DNA of 64,000 nt from Moniliella sp. 'wahieum' (Eukaryota): NCBI GenBank assembly GCA_003971905.1, contig RSEE01000018.1, positions 62,001 to 126,000 of the forward strand. Reading direction: 5' to 3'. Shown in pieces: positions 1-12,479 of the stretch (its first letter is position 1; the number at the start of each line of letters is the position of its first letter). The notes below the pieces were generated by a model. It saw only the letters and a program-made list of their open reading frames with translations. It had not been told where the DNA came from and did no database searches. The position numbers and the translations under genes are program-made.

Positions 1-1272
1 GCGCAGAGAATGGCGCGTCGACCGCGTCTTCTCCGTTAGGGGTTGCATCATCCTCTTCTTCGGAAAGGTCGGATTCTAGTACGGGGGGAAGGCTGTATCC
101 CTCTGTAGGTGGGTCCGGATTCAAGTCAATATGGCAGACCTTCGTCCGAAACAGTGTCCGAAGGATAGACGGCATTGACACCCCTTCAATAGGAGGCAGA
201 GACTCGGCCTGGCCCCCATCAGGTCCAACTGGTGCAGGAGTCGTGCCGCTAAGCCCCGGGCTTGTGTCCTCTTCTCCGGAAAGCTCAGATTCTAGTACAG
301 GAGACAGGCTGTACCCATCCGTAGGTGGGTCCGGGTTCAAGTCAATATCGTGCAGACCCTCGTCCGAAACAGTGTCCGATGGATAGACGGCATTGACGCC
401 GCCTTCAATAGGGGCAGAGGCTCGGATCCAACTGGTGGAGCGGCCGCGCTGTTAAGCCCGCGCGGTGTGTCCTCTTCTCCGGAAAAGTCAGACTCTAGTA
501 CGGGGGAAAGGCTGCATCCCTCCGTAGGTGGAGCGGGACTCAAGTCAAGCTCGTGCAAGCCTTCGTCGGGAACGGTGTCCGAAGGGTATACCGCGTTGAG
601 GCCCCCTTCAATATGAGCGAGTGGCACCTTCTCGTCGGCATCTGAGTGAACCGATGCATCAACAGCAGTGGAATCTGTGCCGTTCCTCACATCGTTAGTG
701 CTAAACTCGCCTTGGAACGCACCCGTACCAAAGGGATCGAGGGACTGGATAGACTGCGCCTGGGCGTATTGGTCCTGCGGCTGACCCAGCCGACTGCCTG
801 GCAGAGACGGGGCAAAGAGAGTACTCGTATCCCCCGGTGCGAGCTGCGCCTGGGGTGGGGGTTGATCCGTGTCGCTTCCCCCTTGGGCGTGAGCGGCATG
901 GTATGGGCTCGAGTCCGGCTCGGGCTGGGTGATGGGCGCGGCAAACTGGGCGAGGTCATGGGCGACTTCCTGGGCGATGCCACCAAAGGCGGTGAAGAAA
1001 CCCGAGAGACGGCTGGGCCGCTGTGTGGGCGGGCGCGGCGCAGACGGCGAGGCAGGGCCGGTCGCTGCTGCCTGCAGGGGGGGCAGCGGTGTGGGCGGCG
1101 GGGGGCAAGCCGGGGTCGATGCTGGCGGCGGGCGCCGTGGGGGGCGGCAGAGCAGCGGCGGGAGCGGTGGACGCGGCCGCGCGGCCTCGAGGGCGGCCTT
1201 GCGGCGCTTGGCCAGCTGCTTCTTGGCGCGGGAGGCCGCCGCAGCGCGATCGGACGCATCCATCGCCTGCAT
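1..1272 (-). CDS. Hypothetical protein with basic N-terminus, Pro-rich region and ~70-aa acidic tandem repeats; runs off the left edge (partial)
   Basis: ORF 337..1272 begins MQAMDASDRAAAASRAKKQLAKRRK, loosely like golgin/GM130-type N-termini (inference). The repeat unit IEGG.NAVYPSDTV.DEGLH..DL.P.PPT.G.SLSPVLES..SGEED continues to base 1 if single-base homopolymer losses near 412 and 183 are corrected. Confidence 0.6.
50..615. repeat. Three degenerate copies of a ~205-215 bp coding tandem repeat
   Basis: Block 'tcctcttct.cggaaag..c.gattctagtac.gg..a.aggctg...ccc.c.gtaggtgg...ttcaagtcaa...tcgtccgaaacagtgtccga.ggatagacggcattga...ccttcaata' recurs at ~50, ~268 and ~470. Confidence 0.9.
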
Positions 1273-1533
1273 GGGCGGGCAGCGGGGCGGCGAGGGGCGG
1301 TGGGGTGGTGCAGGCGGCTCCCGTGCGGAGCACAGGGCGGAACCATCAAAACTCCGTCACGTGGTGCACGTGACGCGCGGTGCGTGACGCGTGCAGCAGC
1401 CTGTCCACGTGACTGTGTGGCGCCGCGTGCGGGCGCGGGGGCAGTGTGGTCGGTCGGCGGCCAGCACGACCCGGTGGCACCGACAGCGGCGCCGCAGACC
1501 AGAGGGCAGCCACCTCCATCCGCCTCCTCGCGC

Positions 1534-2910
1534 ATGCCAACGGCGCGGCTTCCCTCTCTGGCGGCGGGCTCCTCCTGCTGGCCGTATGCGTGGTCGAGGT
1601 GCTGATCAGCGTCGGCGTGCCCGTCTGGAAGAGCGTCTACTTGGCCCGTCTCGCCGCGCCCCAATCCACCCCCGTCGACGTGGGCATCTGGGGCCTGTGC
1701 ACCACCCATCGCCACTGCACCAACGCTGCCGTCGGCCTGGTCTGGGACCCGAGCCAGCTCGACTCGACCCCCGCCTGCGGGCAATGTGCTGCTCAAGGGT
1801 CTGACCGGTGCGCTGCTTCTTCATCCCATCGCCGCCGCCGCTGCTGCGATGGCAGCGCTGTTCGCTCTCGTCGCCGCCTTGCGCACCCCGCGGCCCAAGG
1901 CGCTGTGGGGCAGTGTGGTCGGTGCCTTCTTCTCCTGCGCCGTTACGCTCGCCGCCTTGGCTGTCACGCTCGCCGTCGTTCTCTTGGTCCGGGCCCGGTA
2001 CATGGGGACCGTGTCCTTTGGCCCGGCGCTGTGGATGTCGGTGGGGGCATCAGCGGGGGCGGTGCTGGCGGTCCTAGTGGCCGTGTGGGCCGCCGGGATC
2101 GGGTCTCTGCCCACTTCGTCCGAGTACGCTTCGCCCCCCTACCCTTACCCCACCGCCTCGGCTGCCGACCGTAACTGGTCCGATCCTTCGGTGCTCGTTA
2201 CCAAAGACGGCGACGACGGCCAAGCGATGGCCTACTTTGCCCAGAGCGCCGACCCTGTGGCCGCAACCTCGCGCACCCAGCTCAATCCAGAGGGCAATCG
2301 CGAGGAGCAGGGGTACGCGTATGACCCAACAGGCTACGCCACCTATCCCCAGTCCTACGAGCCCTACTATCCTACCCCAGCACCGGCATCGGCCCCTGGC
2401 GTCTGGGACGCACCTGGCTACACGAACCAGACCGAGGGCTCGTGGGGGGACCAGTACCCCACTGGTCGGTCCGTATCTGGAGCGCGGTACCTCGCTGACC
2501 ATCCCCTGGCTGGCAAGCTTACCCTGCGCACGATCCAACACAGACCGGTACGGGGTCTGTAGCCACCTCGGCTCCTGAGGCGGTGCCTTCTGGTGGGGCT
2601 GTGGCGGTGCAGTATGGTGTGGCCTATGGAGACCCGACTGAAGGCGATCCCGCCCGCCTCACCAGCGGTGCAGACGGGTACGAGGCCTACGATCCAGCCT
2701 ACGATCCAACCCGCACTGCGCCGCTCCACACGCCCGCGAGCTTCTCCCTTAACCCGCCCGGGGAAGGCAAGCCTCCACTGCAGGATGGCTACGTCCATGC
2801 AGGAGGATAACATGCCGGCACCATACCACGCGCTGCACCAACCAGCCGTGCCTGACTCTTCGTCCCGCGCTAACGATCCGGGGACGCAGCCGATGCCTTC
2901 TTTACGGTAA
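1534..2910 (+). CDS. PalI/Rim9 (SUR7/PalI family) membrane protein with Tyr/Pro-rich C-terminal tail
   Basis: N-terminal hydrophobic segment, GIWGLC..HC motif, 'ALLLHPIAA' and two more TM segments across ORFs 1446..2174 and 1786..2562. Probable intron ~2465-2517 (GTCGGT..GCTGAC..AAG). Several frameshifts; C-terminal end approximate. Confidence 0.8.
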
Positions 2911-3556
2911 ATGTCGGCACACAGCCGAGCTAGCGCCCCGGCCCCAATCTTTACCCGTTACGACCCTGCTGACGCCTCACAAGAAGTTATTATTACCCGG
3001 CCTGAAGGTATCTCTGATCGCTCGTCCCTCCTTTCTGTTCTGATTTGCACCGCCCGCGCCCGTGATGGCTTGATGCCCATCAGCTCCTGTACAATTCGTG
3101 TATTGTCACCTTGCCTCGTTCTGTTCCATCTGCTTTGATCTACGCTTAGAGGCAGGTTTCTACTAGCCTCCCACGACTCTTGCTTCCATGGAAAGCCCCG
3201 ATCCAACCAGCCTTGCGCGCACGCCAGGCATACCTGTGTTCCCTGCCAGCCTGATCCGGATCCTTCTCCCATCTGAGTCCCTCGCTTTCTGGTGGCAGGC
3301 CAAGACAGACAAGACAGGAAGATGGATGTGCCAGCTATAGCGTGCAAGGGGTAGTACAGCCAACGTGAAGCAGGTTCGCACCACCCAGCACCCGGTCCAG
3401 CCAACCTGAAACGTCCCATGCCCACTACCCATCGTCCACTGCCCACTGCCCACCGCCGGCCCCGTCCCTCGTAGCGCATTAACCATGGCAATGCTCGCCC
3501 CCTCCCCCCACATACGCAAGCCCAGTCTAGCCGGCACAGCAGGAGAGATGAGCAGT

Positions 3557-3911
3557 CTATGCGCCGCCGCTGCCGGCCACGCAACCCCACCGCGTGTCAG
3601 TGGGTCTAGCTCCGACACACACAAGAAGGATGCGCGCACGTACACAAGGATGTTGTTAATAGGGATGTGGATGAGCTTGACAAAGTAGCCAATGAAGCCC
3701 ATCACGACAAAGCCCACGCCGACGGCGCGGCAGATCTGCAAGTACTCTGCAGGGCGGTGTGAGTACCGCGAGCAGACGGAGGGAGAAAGGGGAGGGGAGG
3801 GAGGGAGAACGTACCCTGCTCGTTGGGCTTCTTGCACCGGTTCATGAACTGGGTGCCCTCCTTGACAAACTGCTTGGTGTCGTTGATGGTCTCCTGCACG
3901 GGGTTGGCCAT
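3557..3911 (-). CDS. SSS1: Sec61 translocon gamma subunit, 3 exons (3911-3815, 3746-3644, 3569-3557)
   Basis: Spliced product [70 protein letters not shown]. Introns 3814-3747 and 3643-3570 have GTACGT donors and CAG acceptors. Confidence 0.97.
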
Positions 3912-4175
3912 GGTGGGTGGTGGGGAGAGGCGAGGCGGCAAAGGGGCAACGTGGCGTGCCGTTGCGAGAAGAACGGAGCTGGAATCCGGCGCCGAGTCGA
4001 GTCGAGTAGTGGGGGAGTCTCGACGGGTCACGCTTGGGGTTCTGAAACGTTGTCGTTGCCTTGCTTTTTTCGCGTTCGCGTTTCCGGGCGCCGCCGACGC
4101 CTCTTGGATTCAATATTCACCAACCAACAGTCCCCCCGCCCGCGCCTCTCCTCCATCCTGCCCGGCTTGTGCGCC

Positions 4176-7100
4176 ATGCCGCCCGGCCAGGAGGCCAGTC
4201 CGGGCCCCAGCTCCCGCTCCGTCCCCGTCCCCTCTCCTCCACCTCCGCCCCGCCGCCGCCCAGCAAGGCGCTGCTCGATGCGCTGGCCCAGCTGGCCCGC
4301 GCTGATCTGGCGCGCTACGTGCAGATCGCCCACCGCAGCCCCGAGTCCGAGACCCGCTTCGTTCCCTTCCTCAATGCCCGCGCGCACGACATGAGCACGC
4401 TCGACAACCATTGGCCCTTGTGCGTTCCCCCCGTCGCGCCGTCCCGTCGCCCTGTCTAACCCCCCCCCCCCTCTGCCTCCTCTTCCCCTTAGCTGCCAGG
4501 TGTGCTCGCTGCCGCCCACGTATGAATCGCAGTGCACGATGATCGAACAAGGTGTGGACCAAGAGCTTCCGCCCGGTGCGCGAGGCAAGGATGCAGATGC
4601 GCAGGGTGCGTGGTTGTGCTGTCGAGTGCACCGCAGCGTTGCACTTCAATTGTCTGCAGAAGCATCGCCAAGCGACGATCGTTGAAGAAATCAATGCGGA
4701 GAACCAAGAGCAGGCAGCAGCGCGCCTTTGCTGACGCGTCTGCCGCCGAACATATTCGGGAGGACACACCGTGCATGGTGTGCTACGAGGAACCGGCGCT
4801 ATGTTTTCTGTGTGGCTTGGACCCCGTTGGTCGGACGGCAAAGGAAGCGGAGGACAACTGGGGCCACGAGAGCGACGACGACCTGAGCCAGCTGGACAAG
4901 TATGCGCGTCCTGTGTTTCGCTGTCGGCGGTGCAAGCGCTGTGCGCACTACGAGTGCCTGGCGACAAAGTACGATGGATACAGGACGAATCTGCATGCGG
5001 TCGCGTTCCGGGCGCAAGTGGTCGACGCATGGAACTGTCCCGACTGCATCCGCTGGCCGGCAGTGGACCGTATCTTGGCCTCGCGACCTGTGCCGGCTGC
5101 CGAGGCAGATCGGGCGCTGCAAATGAACGCTGGCAAAGTCAGTATCGACCCTAACGAACTGACCCACCAGTACCTGGTCAAGTTCCACTACCACTCGTGG
5201 CGCGACCTGGCCTGGGTGTCGTACGACTGGCTGCGCTCCACGTCGCCTTCGGCCCTGCGTCTCTTCCCGTCCCAAGCGCCCTTTTGTCCCGACCCACCAC
5301 CGACCCTGCCCCCGATCCCAGATTGGACGCCAACTACCTACCAAACTGTGCACAAGGCAGACACATGGGAAATCCTCGACCACGACCCTACCCAGCCTTG
5401 GCTGCACTACCCTCACCCTGCTTCTTCTTCGCCCCTTGGAAGGGAGACGCCGTCGCGCGCTACGTCGGACGCGCGCACGCCTTCCTGGCCCGCCCCGACC
5501 CGACGGCCGCGACGCGAGTCCCGCCCAGCTGGTTGGAGCCCGAGCGGGTGTTGGACGCGTTTTACCGTCCTTCCATTCTGCCCTCTACCGACCGCGCCGC
5601 CGAGGCAGTCAAGGCGACCGAAGCACAGCGGGACAAGCTCTGGAGCCGGCCGAACGGTCTGCTCCTCCCGCTCAATGGGCTCATACATGCGTCCCAGCTG
5701 GCTGGGAGCGACTTGCTGCTTCCCTCCGAGGCCGGCCGCACGGTGACCCATCTGGCCTGGGTGCTGGTCAAGTGGGTCGGGTTGGAGTACGACCAAACTT
5801 CCTGGACGGCAGTGCGGTGGGAGTCGATTCGCGATAAGGGATATGCGAACGGGTTGGTGCGAGCGTACTGTGCCTATCTCCATGCGCGCGACGTGATTAT
5901 TCGTTTGCCCAAGGACCGAACGCCGCGTCTGCCCGCGACGGTCGAGGAGGAGTTGAGTCGTCTGGCTGCGCTCAGTGGGAACCGACGCTTGGCCAAGTCC
6001 CAAACAGCAGCGGTCAAACAGATGATCGCTCGGTGGAACATGAACGCATCGTTTATCTTGGCCGACGAGCCCGGGCTGGGAAAGACGGTGGAGATCATAA
6101 CGTTTCTTGGCTGGTTGTTTGTCTGTCGCCAAGCCGCTCCGTTTCTCTGCTCGTGCCGCAGCACACGATGGGCCATTGGAATCGGCTGTTGCAGACCTGG
6201 TTACCTGGTATCAATACCGTCGTATACGACGGCGGGGTAGAGGGGCGCAGGGTGATTGAGGCGTACGAGCTCTTCCATTCTCGTTTGGACCGCACACAAG
6301 AGAGGCGAGACGCATGCAAGATGAAGGCCGAAGTGGTAGTGGCCGATGTACGGGACCAAGATGCGATCGCAACGTTGCGCAAATTGGTGCCGCGATGGGA
6401 GGTGGTGGTGGCGGATCTGTTGGCCATGTTGGATGCCTCGTCGGTACCTGCAGCAATCGGCTCGCTGGTCAGCGGCTGCCGCATCCTCTTGGCCGACGCC
6501 CCCGTCCTTCCCGCCTGGGCCGAGTCGTCCAAGGCGCTCACCACGTTTCTTCAATCGGATTTGGCCAACGCCAAGGGAGAAGAGAACCAGAGTATGGCAC
6601 GTTCCTTGCCCTTCTCCCTCTCGGCGCGGGTCATCGCTCGTACCCGCTCCTCGGAGCTACTCAATCCGCCCAGGGTGACGCAGGTTGTGGTGCCCACACC
6701 CTTGTTCCCCGTGCAAAGGAAACTGTTCCAATCCGTCCTGCGTGCCCACCTAGATCTCATCAAAACACTGTCCGACGGCAAGAAATTGCCGCAACAAGTG
6801 GTGGGGGATGGGTACGCAGTGATCCTGTTGGACATGTTGCGCGTGTGTCAGGGTACCTTTCTCTGTGGAAACCCGGAGCTCAACCCGGGGCATGTGCCCA
6901 ACCCTTCAACCGAGGCTCTGTTGCAGAGCAGTTCCAAGCTCTCTCTGCTTGAGCGTCTGCTCCGCTCGCTCATCGCCAAGGGCCACCGCACCGTCGTTGT
7001 TTCCTCCTTCACCATGGACTTGGATATGATTGAGGAAGTGATGCTGGACCGCGGCTACGACTACATCCGCATCGATCGCGATTCGGGGCCGCGCGAGATT

Positions 7101-7722
7101 GTACGTGCTGAACGCGCGTGGAACCAAGAAGGCGCAACGTATTCTGTCGCGCTCCTCCACGCCCGGACCAACGCAGTGCTCAGCCTGGTGGCGGCGGATA
7201 CGATGATTGTATGTGGGTGCTGTGTGGGGTGTGGTGCTGGATTGAATATTGACCTGCTTGATGCTGACGCGCGTGTTTCTCCTCCCAGTTCTTTGGTCAA
7301 GACCCTGCCCCCTATGTCCACAGTTGCAACCTAGGCCACGTGTGGCGTATTGGACAGACCAAGGTACGTTACGCTTTACGTTCGCTCCTCCTTTTCTGCC
7401 ACAGCTCTCTCTGACAGTTCGGGCAGCCGCTATTGATCATGCACCTCGTCGCCGCCCGGTCCCCCGAGGTAGGCCTGCTGGAAGCCAAGTTGGGCGACAG
7501 CAAGGCCGGGCGCGAGAGCCAGCTGCACGCGTTTGCGCCATCGGTATTGGACGCCGCTATCAAACGCAGCCGCTTTGCCTGGGCCACCCCGCTCACCCCC
7601 TCGTCTTCGACCGCGACTCGGCCTACACGGCGGACGAAGTGGAGCAGCTGGTGGACCAACGCGGTGGCAAGGCGGTCCCATCCAGCCTACGCGCCCGAGG
7701 CGTCACCCTTGTTCCTCCCTAA
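4176..7722 (+). CDS. Mit1/CHD3-like PHD + chromodomain + SNF2 helicase-fold protein with degenerate ATPase motifs
   Basis: PHD-like CMVC..CFLC..FRCRRCKRCAHYECL..WNCPDC; chromo-like YLVKFHYHSWRDLAWV and VLVKWVGLEYDQTSW; Walker A ILADEPGLGKT (6055-6087); helicase-C region SSKLSLLERLLRSLIAKGHRTVVVSSF..ADTMIV..WRIGQ. Introns and frameshifts present; both ends approximate. Confidence 0.85.
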
Positions 7723-9443
7723 AGCAAGAGCCTTGAAGTTGAACGTTGAACGCCCACGTAACTTTGACCTCGCCGGTCTGTTGACACTGTACTTGTGTGC
7801 TAGGCGGGTAGAGGTGTTGGGGTGAGAACGCCGATCCTACTTTCTCACCCCTTTTTCTCAAAGTCGCCGTGTGCATACCTTACACTTACACTTACAACCC
7901 CACAGCTGTCTTCTTTCCTGTCCATGCTCGCCCTGCCACATCCCCCAGAAAGCTCGTCTGGCTGCGCCACACCGCCGCACAGCCGTGCAGGGCGACCTGT
8001 GAGACACACGGCACGCAATGCCTATTGTACTGTACTCGACCCGACGGAAGCGCACGCGGGGTTAGGTCTTAGGAGGGCTGCTGGTGGGTGATGCTGGGTG
8101 TGTGCGTTCGGATGGGGGAGGATGGGCAGGGAGTACGTAGGCCATGCCTCGCGCTACGGCGGAGCGCGGGGCCCCAAAGCAGGCGAGAAGCGGGGAGAAG
8201 CGTGGAGACAGACGCAGGAGGAGGCGAGCGAGCAGGGTAGTCGCCGTACGTAGTGCTTAGCTAAGCGGCGTTGGGGAGGCGGCATCCCCGCAAATGCGGG
8301 GGACGCGCTGTGATGCGGGGCCAGGGCGGTGGAGCGTCCCAACCAAAATGCCGGCGGGAGCGCACCACTGCCCCCGTGGCAGCTGACAAGCCGGCGGGAG
8401 AGAGAAAGGGGTGGGCGGGGGCGGGCGCAGGGCTGGGCGGTGGCCGGTGAGGGTCCCGGCGGGAGAGCGCGCCGCAAGGGAGGTGGGCACGAGCTAGCAG
8501 CGGGCAACTAGTACGGACCAGTGGGCAGTGACCAGTGACCTAGTAACTAATATCCACAGGGCAGCCGAGAGGGCCCAGGGCGTGGGGCTGGGGCGTGCCT
8601 GGGTGCGTTGCGGCGCAGGCACAGCGCCGCTGTCGTGCTGCGCGCTGGACTGGGCGGCAGTTGCGCGGCTCACCGAACGTGCCTTCTGGTTGGGACGAGC
8701 GCATTCGCTTGGGAACAGGGGCGTGTGATGCGTGATGGGGGCGATTCTGATTATGCGCTCTCGATGAGGTTCTCCCTCATGCTCAGCACGCCCACCCCAT
8801 TCTTCTCTCCTGGCGAGGGGCTGGAACAAAGGGCAGGAGCGCGAGATGGGTTTAGTACCGGCCGATCGAGCTTCGAGCTTGGCGGCCCTCCGTCCATGTC
8901 ATTTGCATGGCATTAGTCATTGGTCCTAGCTCCAGTTCACTGCAGTAACCCATGCAGGGAGGGTGCGCTGGTGCCCCCCCCCAGCGGCTGCTGCGCTGCC
9001 AGGCCTGGCCCCAGACTGCGCAGAGTCCGCAGCAGGCGCACCAGGGCGCAGGCGCCCTGCCCGCACCTGGCCTGCCTTCCCCGGCAGGCGCCCTGGCGCC
9101 CACACGGGCACTTTGCTGGGCGTGTGAGCGCTGTGGGCGCTGGTGCCGGCGGCCTGACACATGACACAGAACACGTCACACCAGCGGCGGGCACGCGGCC
9201 AGTGTTCCTGCAGCCGTGCCTGCGCCCTGCACGCACAACCCACAACCCAGCCGTCTGACAGTCGCCGACTGCCGCCTCCGAATCAGACACCAGCGTCCAT
9301 GTCGCAGGTCGCATGCCACATGTCACATGGCACATGTCACCCAGGGCGACTGCACCCATCTGCCTGCCCTCACGCCTCCCGCCGCACGCCGCACGCGCCG
9401 CACGCTCACGCCTCGCCCGCAGCGAACCACACCCCGCCAGCGG

Positions 9444-9450
9444 TATAAAA
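9444..9450 (+). promoter_or_regulatory. TATA box of the SCOT gene
   Basis: TATAAAA 77 nt upstream of the ATG at 9521, followed by a pyrimidine-rich leader. Confidence 0.6.
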
Positions 9451-9520
9451 GCCCCCCCCTCCCTCGCTGCTCCCCTGCCCGACCTCCCCCGCCCCCCCCT
9501 CCATCCCTTCCTTCCCCCCC

Positions 9521-11153
9521 ATGCTCGCTCCCCTTGCCCGCTCTGCCTCTGCATCGGCGTCCAGCCGCCCGCTCGCCCTGCGCCCGCTTGGCTACCGCCT
9601 CCTCTCCACCTCCGCGCCCGCGCCAAGATCAACAAGGTCTGGCCCTCGGCCGCCGAGGCAGTCAAGGACATCAAGTCCGGCTCCGTCCTGGTCGCCGGCG
9701 GGTTTGGCCTGTGTGGCTCGCCGTTTACGCTGATTGATGCGATTGCCAAGTACCCCGAGAAGAAGGACTTGGTCCTGGTTTCCAACAACTCGGGCTTGGG
9801 CGCTGAGGGTTTGGGTACGTGCCGATCGCCGGCTGTTGGTCGTGTGCCTACAGAGTACTGAGTATGAGTACTGACCCTTCCCTTTTTTTTTCTCGCTAGG
9901 CGAGCTGATCGACAATGGCCAGGTGAGCAAGTGCGTGTCGTCGTACATTGGCAACAACAAGTACTTTGAAAGAAGTTCCTGGACGGCGAGGTGGGTCTGG
10001 AGCTGACGCCGCAAGGCTCGCTGGCCGAACGCATTCGCGCCGGTGCGTTTGGTATTCCAGCCTTTTACACGCCTACTGGGTACGGCACGCTGGTCCAGCA
10101 TGGCGGGCTGCCCATCCGGTTCGCCAAGCGCGACCCCAACTCCAAGGAGCCATCCAAGGTGATTGAGGAGGCCAAGCCGCGCGAAGAGCGCGAGTTTTAA
10201 TGGCAAGAAGTACATTCTCGAGGAGGCGATCAAGGCGGATGTGGGCCTGATCCACGCATGGAAGGCGATGCAGGGCAACCTCGTCTTCCGCTACACGGCC
10301 GCCAACTTCTCAGCGCCCATGGCCAAGAATGCCAAGTTGACCATCGTCGAGGCGGAAGAGATTGTGCCGACGGGCTCGCTAGAGCCGAACCAGATCCACG
10401 TGCCCTCGGTGTTTGTCGACCGGATCGTCAAGGCGACGCACCCTAAGATGATTGAGAAGGTCATGCTGGCCAAGTCGCCCGAGAGCAAGACCGAGGTCTC
10501 GGAGGCGCAAAACGCCGCGAGGTGATTGCCAAGCGGGCCGCCAAGTTTAACAATGGCGACTATGTCAACTTGGGCGTCGGCTTGCCCACCTTGGCCCCAA
10601 CTTTGTTCCCGAGGCATCCATTGTGCTGCAGTCGGAGAATGGGATTTTGGCATGGGGCCCTACCCCACCAGCCCCTCGTTGACGCGGACATTGTCAATGC
10701 GGGCAAGGAGACGGTACTGCTCAACCCAGGCGCATCGACCTTGACTCGTCCGAATCCTTTGGCCAGATTCGCGGCGGCCACATGGACGTGACCATGCTGG
10801 TGCTTTGCAGGTCGGTGCCAATGGCGATTTGGCCAACTACTTTATTCCGGGCAAGGTGGTCAAGGGTATGGCGGTGCGATGGACCTCGTCTCCTCGCCTG
10901 AAAGCACACGTGTCATTGTGCTCACCGACCATACCGACAAGTACGGTCACCCAAAGATTGTGGCCAACTGCGACTTGCCCCTGACTGGCTCTCGGGTCGC
11001 CTCGCGCATCATCACCAACTTGGCTGTCTTTGACGTCGACCGCACCTCGCCCGAGGGTGGCTTGACCCTCATCGAGCTCCACCCGGCGCGACGCTGGAGG
11101 AGGTGAAGGCCAAAACGGGTGCCCCCTTCAAGGTGGCCCTCAAGTCGGAATAA
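9521..11153 (+). CDS. Succinyl-CoA:3-oxoacid CoA-transferase (SCOT/OXCT family), mitochondrial precursor
   Basis: Motifs [111 protein letters not shown]. Intron 9815-9899; Arg/Ser-rich presequence; multiple 1-nt frameshifts. Confidence 0.95.
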
Positions 11154-12479
11154 ACGTTGGGCTTCCCCCTCTATATCGTCCCCTCCATGCTCTCTCCTCC
11201 TTCCCTCTCCCTCTCCCTCCCCCATCCCCACCCAAGCCCCGATTGTACACGATTTTCTATCGTCAGTTGCTGTTTCTCTCTTGTCATCCGATCTTGCCAC
11301 CCTGTTGCTCTTTGCCCTTTTTTGGATCCACATAGCCCCTGCCCCGCCCGGTCCCTCGCCCCTCGCCTGGCCCCCAGATGAGCGGAGAGGCTGTCCTGGC
11401 ACCCCAGCCTACCTCACATGCCCCTATCCTCTATGCTCTCATCCTTTGGGTTGCAAGCCAAACGATGACCTTTCTAGGACGGGTCGAGTGCGGAAAGCCG
11501 TTACAGTGGCGAACGGGGCAAGAAAGGTAGTAAGAAGTCGCGGCGCGCCATGAACGAAGGAAGTAGATTGCACACAGTTGCAACCCATCTCAGGCAACGG
11601 GGATGTGCCCGGAGGCTGGTGAGTCGCACAACATGGCCACAAGTGCTGTAATGGTAACCGCGTAATAACCGGTAACCACCTCAACTGCGTGCAGTCGGGC
11701 TAGTCCGGATAGACCGTACTCGGAGGAATCTGCGATGGGTTTTGTGGAGGATCTGAGAGAGGCCTGGGGCCGCCGGCTGGGCGGAGTGTCACTCGCAGGT
11801 CACAGTCACTGGTCGCGGGGGTCACCGGTCAACCGGTCAATATGCCACTGCATTTGTCGCATCACATGACATTGACATGTGAATGTGACACGTCATGTAC
11901 CGCGTAACGCCCGCCTCCGTCTTCCACCCCGTTCGCCCGCCTTATCTCCGTCGTGGCGCTGCCGATACCACAAGTGCAAATTGCACATGGCGTCGTTTGC
12001 AATTTCCAGTTTAGTTTGCAATTGACCACGTGACCGTCACGTGGCACGACGGGGTCAAAACACCACCGCGGCAAGTAGCACCTGAGGGGGAAAGCAAGGA
12101 CTGGTGAGGCGGTGAGCAGCGGCCCGAGAGGGGGGGAAGTATACTTTCCATGTACAGGGCAAGAACACAAGAGGGAAGTCGAGTGGGTCCAAAATATAGG
12201 AACGCAGCGCAATGTCAGTGGAAGCGAAAAGACAAATAGGAAAGGCGTGACTACTATAACGTTTTTATACGCAGGTTAGTGGCCACCTCTGCCATCGGTC
12301 ACGAGAAACATCAAATGACGATATGTTGGTGACTGAAGTTGGGGTCGGAACTGGAGAAAAAGTACGTCCGGAGGTGGACCAGGTCGGGTTAGGAAAGCAA
12401 AGGGGGTGTGGGGCTCACCTGGGCTCACCCTTTTCACCCGCGAATCACTGTTGGTGTGGAAAGGGCATCTGGAGCGGCG

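Noticed and set aside
646..1796. Long overlapping ORFs (646..1605 +, 687..1796 -) and many similar ones, e.g. 8937..10034 -, 25530..26630 +, 42094..43134 +
   Set aside because: Arg/Pro/Gly/Ala-rich shadow frames expected in high-GC DNA, lying opposite or across real genes; no recognisable motifs.
9960..11100. Programmed frameshifting or pseudogenisation of SCOT and other genes
   Set aside because: The same 1-nt losses hit essential RPS3 and a tRNA and cluster in homopolymers; sequencing error is the simpler explanation.
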